From Camelus ferus (lineage: Eukaryota), in the NCBI RefSeq assembly GCF_009834535.1, contig NC_045696.1:24430001-24494000 (forward strand): 64,000 nt of DNA, in the 5' to 3' direction. Made by a program: the position numbers and the translations under genes. Below the pieces are notes generated by a model that was not told the DNA's origin, searched no databases, and saw nothing but the letters and a program-made list of their open reading frames with translations. Positions 1 through 13,489 of this stretch are shown piece by piece (position 1 is the first letter of the stretch; each line of letters begins with the position of its first letter).

Positions 1-630
1 TTTCAAGCAGAAATGTGTGGGAAAGGGTGTGCCGTGCAGAAAGAGCAGCAGATATCAAAAAGATAAATTGGATTTTAGCAATGGCAAGAATTTTGGTTTG
101 GCTGGAATATAGGGTATGTGTGTGTGTCCACTTGGGTGGGTATATCTATGAATGTTTGTTCAGGAAAGTTTCAGCTACTCTCTATATTGCAGGGTTGAAA
201 GGTTTAATTCAGGGAATTAGAAGCTTATACTCATTGGAAAGCCTTGGAGAGATAAAGACTAGCTTAGGGTGGAGTAGCTGTGGGATGATTCTCAAGAGCC
301 CACTTGGAAGGTATTTCAGATCTCACGACCACCCAAGCATCTGCTTGCAATATCTGAGGAATAAGCCTTCTTTTCCTTTTTACATTCCAAATTGCCTCTC
401 AATGGCTGATTCTAACTTAAAGCCTCATGGGAAGGATATTCCCAACATCCTCTTTGTTCTCAGCTTCTTTCAAGCTTAGGGAGACTAGAATGATGCTGAA
501 TTGTTGGGAGACAAACGAGTTCAGAGAGAGAGATGGGTAAGATTGGCTGGCGTCCTATTGTAAAGCATTCATGACATAACATGTGCTTGCACTTTGCCTT
601 ATAATCATTGTGGGAATTGTTAAATATCTT

Positions 631-754
631 TTTTTTTAATTCTTCTACTTTTTTTTTTTTTTAATGGAGGTACTGGGGATTGAGCCCAGGACCTCATGAC
701 TGCTAAGCATGTGCTCTACCACTGAGCCATACTCTTTCCCCCCTCCTTCTTTCA
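631..754 (-). mobile_element. tRNA-derived SINE (camelid Vic-1-like)
   Basis: Minus strand reads GGCTCAGTGGTAGAGC (A box)...GTCCTGGGCTCAATCCCCAGTACCTCCA (B box) plus an A tail; 11-bp TSD ttaaatatctt at 620-630 and 755-765. Confidence 0.9.
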
Positions 755-1439
755 TTAAATATCTTAACACGGGGAATGAAATGATTAAGTGAGTTTTTAA
801 AAGATTGATCCGTTACTTTTATTATCAGAAAACTAACTTTATAAGGAAAATAAGGGAAGAAACCTGTGACATTCCAGTAATTATGTGAAGTTCAGATTAA
901 AGGAATAAAGACAGAAGGCAGAGAGGCCAGTTGCTTTCCAAGCTCTTTACTTAACTTAGCAAGCAAGGTTGGGTTCTGTGAGCATTAAATTAGCAACTCT
1001 ACAGCACCATTGTGTTTACAAAAAGAGAAACATCCTGACTGTTTCCACTTTCATACCTCTCAGTCCTCATTCACCTGAGTGGAAACAAAAGTGTGTCTCT
1101 GTAAAGGTCGCCCAGGACTGCTGTGGCAGAGAATGCTGGCTGTAGCAGTACAGGAAGGAGACACGTGCCTTCAAGGTCAGCAGAAGGAGCAGATGCATCT
1201 GCAGTGTGAGGAAGAGTTAAACTGGTTTGCAAGTGGAATGAGAAGAGCCGCCTAGTGAGGATGTGTTGAAGATTAAAAAGGAGGTGAATGTTAAAAAAGG
1301 CTTGGAGGACACACAATAGAATGGAAAGCCCCGCTAGGAGAGAGGCTTTGTTTTAACAGCGTATCCCAAGGCTTCAAATATTCTGGCACTTCGAAGGCAC
1401 TCAGTAAACATTTATTGACAGACTGGGTGAAGAGAGGAA

Positions 1440-1690
1440 GAGGGATGGGAGGGGAAGATGAAATCAGGGACACAGAGAGAGGTGTTATCTTTGGAAGAAT
1501 TAGGCAAGGCATCCTCTGGGATGGAAGGGAAGGGGAAGAGCTGGGGAACATGCAGGGAACACGGGGGTGGAGCTTGTGACTGATGGTTGCTGTTTTCTCT
1601 GTGAGGTAGGAGGCTGGGCCATCTGTTAAAAAGGAGTAGGTGAGTCCAGCTAAGTGATTTAGGGAAGAATGATAAAGGTTTGTAACCGTT
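1440..1690 (-). mobile_element. L2 LINE remnant (adjacent MIR/L2 3' pieces at about 1250-1420)
   Basis: Purine-rich degenerate L2-like sequence; L2 3'-end motif ggcactcagtaaacatttattga near 1397. Confidence 0.5.
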
Positions 1691-1962
1691 ACAGATAAAA
1701 GTAAATATGGGTATTTACTTAAGGTGAAAATACTGGACAATTCTAACGATGTACAAATTGTGAGAATTAATTCATTCATATGAGATTGTTTAAAGAACAG
1801 TTTACAGAACATAAACCACTGGATACATTTAATCTTCAAGAAGATTAGAGTTTAAGCTTAAAACCTGAATATAAATTTGACTTCAGATTATTTAGAACAA
1901 AGTTAACTATGTGTTTTGTATATTATATAATTTCAGACACTACAGTAGTCTTCCTCCATGAA

Positions 1963-2030
1963 CTTTTATTTCCTTCCAGTTTTATTGAGATATAATTGAC
2001 CTGCAGCACTGTGTATGTTTAAAGTGCACT
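1963..2030 (-). mobile_element. Short 5'-truncated L1 3' terminus
   Basis: ccagttttattgagatataattgac...gcactgtgtatgtttaaagtg matches the reverse complement of an L1MA9-like 3' end. Confidence 0.6.
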
Positions 2031-3241
2031 TCATCGTTTGGGTAAAATTATGGAAAAAGAAATTGCCCTTAATTCTTTGATTCAGCTAACAAGTCTTAAA
2101 TGATGCTATTTATGAAGAAAGCATAGGTAAATAAATTCTATGTGAATACTTACATTTTATAAACTGAGACTGGCTCTGAATATGTAGATTTCATAAAGGA
2201 ACATCATGAAAACGTCTATGGCAATAAAGAGCTGTTTGCTTGGTATTTTCATATACTCTCACAGCATGTAATTTGGCTTAATTACCCTTTCCAGACTAGA
2301 TCCATGTAACCTTGGACATTCCTTCACTCATTCCTTCAAGGAATTTTTATTGAACACTTTCAGAGTACTGGGGACATAGTGAAGACCAGAACAGCATGGC
2401 TTTCCTGACCTCACAGAGATGGATAAATGAATATTTCTTTAGCTTCACCTTTATTTGTTCCCAAATTTTCCCCATGAACCACAGACTCCTACCACTTCAC
2501 AATTTTAGTGTGTCCATGATAAGTTGGGCTCACCAGTTATTTGCCTATATCTCATTTTTCCATAATCATATGGGAAAAGTAGGGATGTGAGTAAATCATT
2601 ATTTTATTTGCTTAGAAGATTCTACTAATGTCGTGATTAAAGGTTTTATGTTGTGTGAAAGTCTGTGTGAGAGAAGTGGACAGTGGAACCCATGTTTGGT
2701 GTGTGAGTAGCAACATTTTTAAACTGGAAGAAACACCTCTGACTTTAATTACAATGCTCTGTGGTATACATGTGCTTTGGGGATGCTCTCTGGTAGGCTG
2801 GGGCAATTCAGCGGTCATGCAATGAATGTCATTACTGGTAGAAGTCCCTCTGTGTATTATAGTATCACGATTTATCTGGTGGTGGGTTCTCTCTTCGAGG
2901 AAAACCTCTCCTCCAGAAAGATAAAATATGAATCTTAGCTTTAAGCACACATTTTTTTCCCCTTAATATGGAGTAACTCTGGAATTTCATGCTTCAGATG
3001 GGAGTTGAGATTTTTCATTTATAATTTTATATTGCTGCTAGAGAGCAAAGTGTTGAGATTAGGAAATCTTTATTTTCAAGTCATTGTATGATGATCAATA
3101 CTTCCTACTGCAAGCAGCCATATTTACCAATAATTTGACTTTACAAAGATTAATTTTTGTCACTGAACTGTGTATATAAATAAAAAATAAATTATAGATT
3201 AAAAGGTCCTTTCATATCTATAAGTAAAGTAAGGAAATCCC

Positions 3242-3634
3242 TTTTTTGGTGAATATTGCAAAATTTTAAGTGTACAATACAGTATTGTTCCCTATAAGCA
3301 CAATGCTATATAGCACGTTTCCATCTTGCAAACCTGAAACTCTAAATGCATTGAACAGCAATTCCCCATTTCCCCTCCCACCAGCCCATGGCAACCGCCA
3401 TTCTTCTTTCTGTTTCTGTGAGTTCGACTATTTTAGATAGTCATATAAGTGTCTTCACTTCATGTAAGTGGAATCATGTATTGTTTGCCTTTCTTTGACT
3501 GGCTTATTTCCTCAAGATTCATCTATGTTGTGGCATGTGACAAAATTTCCTTTTATTCTTATGGCTGAATAATATTCCATTGTGTGTGTATTCCACATTT
3601 TCTTTATTCCTTCATCTGTTGGTATACATTTAGG
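3242..3634 (-). mobile_element. L1 3'UTR fragment (L1MA9/L1MB-like)
   Basis: Typical antisense L1 3'UTR motifs: aagtgtacaatacagtattg, ggcaaccgccattc, ggctgaataatattccattgtgtg, ccacattttctttat. Confidence 0.85.
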
Positions 3635-3810
3635 AATGATTCCTTAACTCATTGGCCATTGGTGATTGACTCAACCTCCAGTCCCTCTCACCTCCTCAGA
3701 GGTTGGGAGGGGGGTAGGAATGGAAATTCCAAACTTCTGATCACATGGTTGAGTCCACAGGAAACCAGCCCCCATTCTTTGGGGTCCAAAACTCACCTCA
3801 TTAACAAAAC
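3631..3810 (-). mobile_element. MER21-like LTR fragment
   Basis: Aligns by eye to 14655-14830 of the longer MER21-like LTR (tggccattggtgat, atcacatggttga, cagcccccatt). Confidence 0.75.
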
Positions 3811-5059
3811 AATTGAAAATACAGTGCATAAATAATATATTTAGAGGTAAAAAGTGGGCTGCACTCTGAGGTCTTTACATGGAAGCTTTAATCTCAGCAA
3901 GTTGGAGTGAGTACTTATTCTGAAGCACCCCTTTCCCAGAAGAAGATGGTTGAGGAGTGAAGTATTTAGGAAGACATGTTCTGGCGAAGATTTTTTTTTT
4001 TTCTTTTTACATAGGGATGGTGGAAATAAAATTTTAGCAATGCATTCCCAACCCTTCTGTGATGTGCAACATGGATTTTTCTTATCATTTTAGTGAAAAA
4101 AATTAATTTTATGCCCAAATAGTGTAAGAGGGGCTTTTAAAATTTTTATTTATTTTCCTTCTTTCTCCTTTGCTCTCTATCCCCTGGTTTTCTCTATATT
4201 TATTTTCCTTCATACTTGTCAACCTATTTGTTGTCATCTCTTCCTGCTGAATACTTCCATGCAGTTTAATTGCCCCTTGTAGATTGCCATGCATGCACTA
4301 CTCGCTGATTCTAGTTTATTTTTCTTCTTTAATGACCAGTGTATTTTCTTTTTTTCTTTTATCTGACCCTCCCTTTCTTTTCCTTGAAATAATTGCTTAC
4401 TGCTTACAAGGAGTTCCTGGAAAGCTAAATCTATAATTTAAACACTGATTTTTAAACATAATCCAAGGGTTGTATTTGAGGCTGGCCTGACTGTGTGTCT
4501 GCCATATGCCACTGAAATAATCCATTGTTTATCACTGTTTTATTGTGTTTTTATACAGTTTTATACTGCTTGGGTGTGATATGGCACTGTTAGCTTATCA
4601 CTTCAAAATTAACCAAGCCAGCTGGAAGAGTGTAATTTAGAGAAACAGCACATGGGTATGTGAAAGCAGACATCTCAAGTGTGCTCTGAGGGTGTCTTTC
4701 ATATTTCTTTATACCCTAGATTCACCCAAATAAAGCATAAAAGTTAAAATACATATCCACATCCTCTCCCCCACATGTACACAAAAGTTTTTCATTGTTT
4801 AGGTTTCACTGAAATATCAAGAAAATGAAAACAATTGTATATGAAGTTCCTCTAAATCACACCAATTCTGTGGTATTTCAATATATTTAAGAATGTTGTG
4901 ATATCTAAGTAATGCTTTGATGGTTATTTCCAATATTCCTTTTCATATTTTTTCTCATTTTAATGTCAAATATTTTATATATTCAGTTCTCTCCCTTTCT
5001 TCCTCCTTCCTTTCATTTTCCCCTTCCTCCTTTTTTTCCCTTCCTTCTCTTATTCTGCA

Positions 5060-5640
5060 AGTACTTATGGATCATAACTGTGAAGCAGAGATTTCAGTGA
5101 TGAATAAGATAGGAAAGGAGATGTTTTGTTGGTGGGATACACACTATATAAGCACAGAAATAATAAAAAGATATGATTTTCAATAGTGGTGCATTTTATA
5201 AAGAAAAGTTATTGTTATATAGTAGAGATGGATGGATGAGGATGGGGTGACTATTTTCCTATAGAAAGTCAAGTAAGATATCTCTGAGGAGGTAGCATCT
5301 GAGTTGACACCTAGGTGATAAAAACTAGCCAACTGCAGGAGGACCTGGGGCTCAGTATTCTGGACACACGAATAGCACATATGATCTTTGTAGCATTTAA
5401 GGAACATAAAGCAATCCAGGGACAGGGAATGAGAGGAGAAGTGGGAGGACATGAGTTCAGAGAAATAGGCAGGATTCTGTTCACGTGAGGTGATGGAGGT
5501 CATGGGGAATGGGTTAGATTTTATCCCAGTTGTAACAAGAAACTATGGGGAGTTTTAAACAGGGAAGTTTTAAACTATGGGAAGTTTTAAACATGGTATG
5601 ATTTATGTTTTAAAAAGATAACTATGGCCACTGCTTAGCA
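5060..5640 (-). mobile_element. L2a-like LINE remnant
   Basis: ctctgaggaggtagcatctgagttga, gattttatcc...gttttaaacaggg...atgatttatgttttaaaaagataact; includes a small triple duplication at about 5541-5592. Confidence 0.7.
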
Positions 5641-7139
5641 AAGGAGGAGGGCAAAGGAGGGAAGCAAGAACTGGGAAACTCAAGCAGAAATGTATTAAAA
5701 TGTTTTGTCCTAGACTACGAAGTAAGTCATAGAACTAGAACCTTTTCTTCCTGACTCAAAGTCCAGTTTATTTTTTATCATTTTATCAGATTTAAAATGT
5801 ACCTTGTGATCTCATCATTTTATACTTATTTTTCTATTATTTTGCCCTCCAGGCATGATCTTCTTTCCTATCTTCTCAGATTATTCTAGCAGTTACTCAA
5901 TTATCTTTTAATTTATCCTTCTCATGGACTGACCTTGCTAGGTTATAGAAGCATGTTATACTGTCTTTATTAAGGTATGCCCTTTAGCAAGGGTATGTTT
6001 ATGCAAATGTTGTCTCTCTAATTAAATGTAAAAAATATGGTTCTAGGATAAAACTGAATAGATTAATATTTTTCCTACTAAGAGAGGACACTGAAAAATA
6101 AAGCAATAGTAGAGGAAAACAAATTTTTAGTGCTTACAATTACTTTTTATCAATGGCTTCCACTGATTTTATTTAATTTTTTTCAAGGGGAAAATGATTA
6201 CTTTTATAAAATAACTCCTGTCTGGAGAAATTTGGGTGTACATGTGGTATAATTCATGCATAGTCTGAAAAGTGGAAATTTTAGATGAAGCATAGATACC
6301 TTGTAACCATCTTAAGTTAGAGTAGGACAGAATAAAACTGACTCCAGTCTCCACAATAAAAAATCTTATTTTTTCCATTACTTTGTGTATTCATTCAGCA
6401 AATCTTTATGCAGTAATTTATGTGTGCCAGAGATGGATACTTCCTCACATTTTGGCTTCTGAAGTGCTCATCTTTTTTGGTTTGTCCATTTTTTATTTCT
6501 TTGGATAATTTGCTTTCCTGACTTCTTTATATATTCTAGCAATTTAGTTATAATGTTCTTCTTGGGTATTTCTGCCCAGCTGAACATTTTCATCAAGTTT
6601 CTTTCCTGTCAATCCCTTTCTATACTTCCCTGCCTTCTTATCCTCACATTCTTCCCCTTTTGTTAGAGCCCCTTGATCTTGCCTGCACATTCTAGCTCAG
6701 TACATTCTCTGTAACTTGACCTGCCTTTAGTCTGGGAATGTTTAAGGAGTCTTTTTTGAGTAAGATGCAGGACGCAGCATTAAAAAATCAACCTTACTGC
6801 TAGTTCGGCTTGTGGTTCCTTTGTTTTCAAATTCTAATGCTAATGATTTTCCCAGTGACTAGTTCCCCACTCAAAATCCTTTTTTTTTTCTCTGGTAGGG
6901 GCATTTTATTAGGCTAGGAACCCTGACCTTGAACCATAATCCCATATCTGGATCAGATTTCTCTGCACATTGCTTACTTTGGACACATCTGTCGCTATGT
7001 TTGCTTCACCCCATAGGATATCATCACAAGTGTTGGGACATTCCCTCCTGTCCGTGTAAGCCAAGAGAGATTCTATGGTCTTTCCAGACATCCATCTCCA
7101 TCAAAGAAAGTTACTACAATCTGCTCATTTTCTCAGTCC

Positions 7140-8320
7140 CCCATAATACATACAACTGATGTCTCTAAGGTCACAAATAACTTTCTGTTTGGCATATCCA
7201 ATGGGCATTCTTGAGAGGCTGCAGTCTGTTTTGAATTTTTGGCACACTTTTCTTCTCTAACCCAGTGTTCTGTTGGTTCTTGTCTCTTCTCTGCATCTTC
7301 CATGGGCTCCTTTCACATGGCTAATCCTTTAATGTCAGGGTTTCTCAGAATTCTATCCTTGAACCTATGATATCTATCATTTAAAATACTCAGTGGGTGA
7401 TCTTGTCCATCCTCTTGTTTGCACCTGTATATCCTAGCCTTAATTTTCATGCTCTGGATTCCTACATCCAACTTTCTGTCAACTACTCATCATCACATTG
7501 ATCCTAATGTTTCAAAAACAGAGTATGTCATCTCTTAGAATCTTTCTAAACTTTCTGTTTAATCGTCTTCCTCTCCCACAATTCCATATCTACCCAGTCA
7601 TAAGTTTTGATCATTTTAATGCTTAAGTACTTCTTGAGATTTTCTACTCCTTTCCCTTTTATATCCACTACGTTTGTTCTGGCTGGACCATCAAAACAGT
7701 CTTCTTATTGGACTATTTGCCTCTAATTTTGTCACCTTCAAGTCCATCCTTAAAGGAACTGGCAGAGAACTTATTTAAGATGTCAGTAACACTGTATCAG
7801 GCTGATGCAGGACCTTTTTGCAACTACTTATTATCTGCAGACTACTTTGATAATATATATGAGTCATCCATGATCTTCCCTATCCAGCTCCATCTCCTTA
7901 TCATTCCCTGAACTTTGGTTCAGCAACACTGAATTATTTGTAGTTTTCTGCAACTTTTCCCTCACGTTTGTGTCTTTGGTCCTGGAGTCCTGTTTACCTG
8001 GAGACTTCCCTTCCCCTCTCTGGTTGATCTACCCCTTTTACCTGCCCCCATTTCCAGCCATCTACTATTTATCATTAGCTTAATGTCACTTTCTCCATTT
8101 CTTCTAGCATAACCACTGTAACACTGGCATTCCTGTCCAACCTCCCCCTGCCATGCTGAGTCAGATGTCCTTCAGCTATACGCCAAGGTACTGTGTGCAT
8201 AGCTGTACTGTCTTCATTTTCTGTTTATATGTCATAACTTATTTTGTATTCCCAGTGGTACTTGGCTTGCCACTAATCACAAAACACAACTCAGGAAATT
8301 CTTGTGTGTTGTTCAATTTT
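7140..8320 (+). mobile_element. L2 LINE remnant
   Basis: Pyrimidine-rich L2 motifs: ctaaggtcacaaataacttt...ccaatgggcattc, ctacatccaact, gtattcccagtg...actcaggaaattcttg. Confidence 0.65.
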
Positions 8321-8779
8321 CAAGCAAGCTTATTTCAGTAAAGAGGCAAGATGAATGCTGCTAGTTTCTTGGCACTTGTTTTTCTCATTTTTAAGCATTT
8401 TACTAAATATTTTGAAAATGATTGTATTGGGAGATCTGTTTTCTATGTGGAAGAGAGGCAGTTTGAAAAACCTTACAACTAAAACTAAAATCTTCTAAAT
8501 TATATAAATCTTGTTTCTTTTTTAAGTTCTTGTTTACATTGACTAAAATAAATATTCATCAAAAAAGATGAATAGTCTTTTTTTTGATAATTATTTTAAT
8601 TTCAAAGGAATTCAAGGACTATTACACTACCTTATGAATTTGTCTTGACTTCCTGCTCAACTAAAGAAAGTTTATAGTGATTATACATTAATGTATTTAG
8701 TTGCTTAACTTCATGCATATTTTCTTTTCAATAATTATTTAATATTTCTTAGGAAGTAATTTTGGGTAATTTATGAAGC

Positions 8780-9420
8780 TCTTTAAAAATTATATGTGCC
8801 CTCTGACATAAGAATGCTTATACCCTTTGATCTTACTTCTAAAATTAAATCCTTAAAGGGAAATCAAAAAGTTCGAAAAAATAAATACTTAATTATCTAG
8901 ATAGTTCAGTAAATTGTTACATAATGATATATTGTAAACTATTAAAAATCATTTTTGGAGACTATTTTATGATATGAGAGATGCTTATACTTTTTTATTT
9001 AAAAAAATCTCGATATTGCATACACAGAACCATCTCAACTTTGTTAAATTAGCTACCTGCATTATTATCTATGCATATCAACCTAACATGCACGTACTAT
9101 GCATGTAAATATATGCATGTACCTGCAATATAATGTGTATGTGCAGTCGAACTGTATTCTACCTAATAAAACTGAAAAAGGAGGAAAAAAAACACTGGAG
9201 ATTCCCCCCGCCCAAAAAGTATAAGCATGTACCCATGCATGTATAGGTATACCTATACTTAGATGCATGGTAAAAAGAATAATGGGAAGTATACCAACAT
9301 ATTAACAATGGTTATTTCTGGTGATAAATTATGGGTGATTTTCATTTTTCTTCTTTATATACTTTTTGTGTTTCTCATTGAAGATAAGTCACATGTTTAT
9401 TTATAAATTTTCTAATTAGA
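8780..9420 (+). mobile_element. Old L1ME-like 3' region
   Basis: ataccctttga, taaattgttacat, ataccaacatattaacaatggttatttctgg...ttatgggtgattttcattttt. Confidence 0.55.
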
Positions 9421-11587
9421 AAAAAATCTGAAGTTATATTATTAGGAAACAACAGTAAATTCAGTAGCTTTTCTGAGTTAATTTTGCACTCTTCCAACTA
9501 GACCACTCAATTTGTCAAACAGTATCAAGCTGCTCTAGGTTCTTAAGTTTTGGAGCACTGATAAGTTCTTAATATCTCCAATAAATGCTATTTTTAAAAG
9601 ACCAAAGGGGACACTTCGTGTTATTTTCTTCTTCAGTCTGTGCTGACTGCAGGTGGCAGAGTCACCCTGTGTTATCCACTTGGAAGGGTCGTTTGGTACC
9701 CAGAAACCGTAGTGTCATGATGCTAAAGTTGATGAAGTTCCAAGAGGAACTTAAATTATGGACGGCTGAGGAGGCTTATTGTTTTTGTCTGGTACCCTCT
9801 GAGTCTGATGATATTGGCCATTTAACATCTCAACAGACTAAATATCTTTTATTTGGATATTTGGACTAAATTTGGGTATTTGGATTAATTATTTGGATAA
9901 AGTGTCTATGGAAGAAGAACAAATATATTTTGTTTAAGAGTTTAAGGATACTGTTTTCATGGTTCTGATCTCTAGAAAACAAGTTCGTACAACTTTTTTT
10001 TAAAGTGTTCTTTTTAGGGACAATATAAACGTGAGTACCTCACTCCTTGCTTCTTCTGTATGGAGTGTATATAAGCAAGTATATAGTATTTTCAAAATTA
10101 ATTCTGCATAATATTTCTTGAAGAAATGTACCCTTTGTCTCTCCTCATCTTCAGCATTTTTAGATTTACAACCTTTAATGCTACTTTACTATAGTTTAAA
10201 AAAAAGTCTAGACTACTGTAAAAAGAGAGTAAGAAGGCAAAAACTAAAGAAAAAATGTAAAGAAAAGGGGAGGAAATGAAAATGGGTTGAAGAGAAGAAT
10301 GGGTTGGTGCAGGTGTGTAAGAGTAATAACTAAGAATCTAGCTCTATAATTGCATGACTCAGTATAACATGTACAGATGTTTGGAAACAGATATTTTGCA
10401 TTATCCAGGAAAATTCATTATGGATATACAGTCAGTTTTCCTCTCTTGCTTTTCCTCCCAGTACCTGCGTATATCTGGAGAGTTCATATTGTGAGAGAAA
10501 GAAAAAGAGAGAGACAAAAACCCACCCAAACTCTAATACTCTTTGTTTCTAAGTGTTCTAATGATGACTCTTATAATTAAGTAAAAAAAAAAAAAATTAA
10601 GAGATGAAAGAGGAATCGTGAGATCATCCAACTACTTCACAGCTCAGTTATATAAATGGGTTTTCTCCTTAAATTAGCTGACTAAGAAGAACACATTCAA
10701 GAAAAGCATAATGCGTTATATCTCCTTGCGACAAGCTCTGGTTAACTGCATGGTTTTGAGCTTTTTGGAAACTTGTCAAAATAACTATCTTGCTACATAT
10801 CATGTTTTCAGTTGGAAAAATCTAGCCTTTAGGAGTAGCCTCTGTGAAGTGAATTTTCAGATAAAAACAAGTATTCACATACGAAAGGAAAGAAAAGGGA
10901 TATGTAGGAGATGAAAATGTTGAACTTATTTGCATTCTGTTTCTTCAATTTTGTTTCATTTGGTCATTCTGTATTTATCCGAGTGTCTTTTGGTTGTCAA
11001 TCACCTCTTTTTCTGTATTTTGTTTAGCTATGTTACATTTTTAAATGGGTTTTGCTTCATGGCTTCAAATACTTGAGGTAGGATGTACTAATTGGAAAGG
11101 GGATTTAAGCATGATAACTGGATAAAGCACTTAACTCATCAAATACCGCACCTGGTATACAGTGAAAACAGTATACAACAAAATATTTCAGTTAATGAAA
11201 GTGACTTAGATCAGCAGAAATTGGAGAAAGAGTACACATGGAATTATTGTTAAACTAAAAATTCTATAATCAGACCAAACAAGCATTTTTTTTTGTCCTA
11301 TAGAATATCTGTTAAGACATCAGGATAGTTTTAGCACGTAGGGTTATTCTTTTCAATGGGACTTTCGAGGAAATTTTAGCTGGAACACAAGCAAGAAAGC
11401 AGCAAAAGTTTCTAGGAACTTCAACTAATAAAATTACCCTCTGTTTGTAAAATGTGTACTCTCTAGAATGAGTTCACACTCATAGTTTCAACAACACTAT
11501 AAGGTAGGCAGTAAGAAAGCTAGAGCAGAGATTTTAATGGAGGGGAACAGCATGAAGTAATTCAGTGGTTTTTATATTGTATTTTAG

Positions 11588-11740
11588 ATCAGTGCTTTTT
11601 GAGTTTATCATGCACACAACCCACCTGGGGATCACATCACAGGGTACGTTCTATTCGGTGAGGCTGGGACGTGGCCTGAGATTCTGCACTTCTGCTAGGC
11701 TCCCAGGTGATGCTGATGGCCGCTTTGAGGAGGGGCTTTG
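11588..11740. mobile_element. MER5A-like hAT-Charlie MITE
   Basis: ggctgggacgtggcctgagattctgcacttctgctaggctcccaggtgatgctgatg. Confidence 0.75.
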
Positions 11741-12369
11741 GAAGTTCTGGGGCTGAGCTGATACTGCCTCAGGCCTAGCACGGAAGATGTGGAGAGGTCC
11801 AGTGGAATCATTGAGGCTCCGGCATCACTGTGATGCAATCATATATTGAAGTTGCACATTGGATTTTATTTGAAGAACATCTTTTGGTGCCATTTTTTTC
11901 CCCTTAGTCATTGGTTTCAAGGCATTAGGGAAAAAAAAAAAAAAAACACTAGGTTCCCATCATGTCACCAGAAGTATGTATCATTAATCTCACAAGATGT
12001 GTTTGCTCTTCTCTAAAGCAAGCGAAGTCAGTGACAAAATCTCCAAGATAACTACAATACTATAACTGATATCATTTTAACTGCTAGTAAGTGGTATAAT
12101 CAGAGGTTGGACCCAGATCTTCTGGGTCCAGGAATCTTGTTGCTATTCCACATGTTTATTCAATTATTTCTAGAGGTTGGGAAACAAGTATGGCCCTTTT
12201 GTTCATGGTGAGTAATGGAGGAATCACTGGCGTTGCCAGAGGATTTCATTAAAAATTGGACAGTAATAGTGTATGTTGAAAATGAGAGCCTGATGAGGGG
12301 GGAGAAAGTCCTGCCCCTTCCTATTTATAGGTGATTCTTCAGTATCTTGGGAAATACTGGTTTAATGAG

Positions 12370-12520
12370 TCAGAGAATTTAGAACTGGAAGGGATCTGAA
12401 AGATTTTCTAATTTGAACATACTATTGCAGTCATAAAAGTTAAGTAACTAGTCCCAAGTTCACTCAGGCAAAATTTAGACTATGCCTTGGATTTCCTGAT
12501 TCTTATATGAGTATTTCTGC
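12370..12520 (-). mobile_element. MIR remnant
   Basis: agaatttagaactggaagggatct...gttaagtaactagtcccaagttcac. Confidence 0.55.
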
Positions 12521-13424
12521 ATTTTTTTTTTTTTTTTTTTTTTTTATCCTGTAACAAGCCTCTTCACGGTACTGGTAACGTGAAGCCGTTGTGGTGGGTT
12601 GGAGGTTTCATACATTTGGTTTCTTCCTTCACCACCCCCCACCTCCAACCCTCCTACTTCTATCATTTGATAAAGATGATACACAGACAGGAGCAGAGCA
12701 GCAGATAGTGGGACCCACAGAGGCCAAAGAATACACCCTGGGGAGCTGAGCTTCGACCAAATGGCACAAATTCTGTCTGTTTGTCACTGTAGAAATCGCC
12801 CTCATCATGCATGCTTCAGATTCCTTGGTGTTAGGGCGTTCCAGTGCGGGAAACTTGCTGGGGTACTGGGTAAAGGGTAGACTTTTACGACAGGGTCATA
12901 TGAAGCCACGGTTAAAAAAAAGCAATGACATTGAAAGAGACTTCATGAATATAATAAAAAATTAAATATCCACTAACAAAAATATTTATTAATAGACTTA
13001 TTATTTTAGCAGAGCTGTCAATGTTTATTGAGGACTTAGTACATAGTAGACTGTTTTAAGTGCTTTATACATCTTATACCTTTAAATTCTCAAGTGTATG
13101 CAATTTGAAGTCTGTCTGTTGCTAGAGTGATGGCTAAAAGAGATGGAAGATAGCCCACAAATAAGCTTCTGCCACCTCCAGATTGATTTTTCATTGAATT
13201 TGTAGTTGTTTGACTTAATGCACTGAACCTGGTTTCTTGGTCATCCTGTGGACACACATGTTGGTCAGGTCACTTTAGTCCTCTTTTATTTAATCTTGTG
13301 ACATAAAGCCTTGACTCTGAGGCTTGCTTTTTCTCTTTAAGTTATGTAGAACTATTTAAAGCATATCAATATTTTCTGTTTCTGTTCTCCCCCTATTCCA
13401 CCTTGAGACCAGCAAGTGTAAACA

Positions 13425-13489
13425 GTACACCTGAAACTAATCTAATATTCTAAGTCAACTGCACTTTAATAATTTTTTAATTAAAAAAT
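13425..13489 (+). mobile_element. Severely 5'-truncated L1 (last ~40 bp plus A-rich tail)
   Basis: gtacacctgaaactaatctaatattctaagtcaactgcacttta plus tail; degenerate TSD aagtgtaaaca (13414-13424) / aagtgctaaca (13490-13500). Confidence 0.7.

Noticed and set aside
15..479. 154-aa ORF as a gene
   Set aside because: GTG start, no recognisable domain, and probably overlaps an old LTR remnant.
1291..1839. 182-aa ORF
   Set aside because: Overlaps L2/MIR remnants; low-complexity Ser/Pro/Leu composition.
12561..12586. Hairpin cttcacg...cgtgaag next to a poly-T run, resembling a terminator or small RNA
   Set aside because: A 7-bp stem is expected by chance; eukaryotic context; too short for a pre-miRNA.
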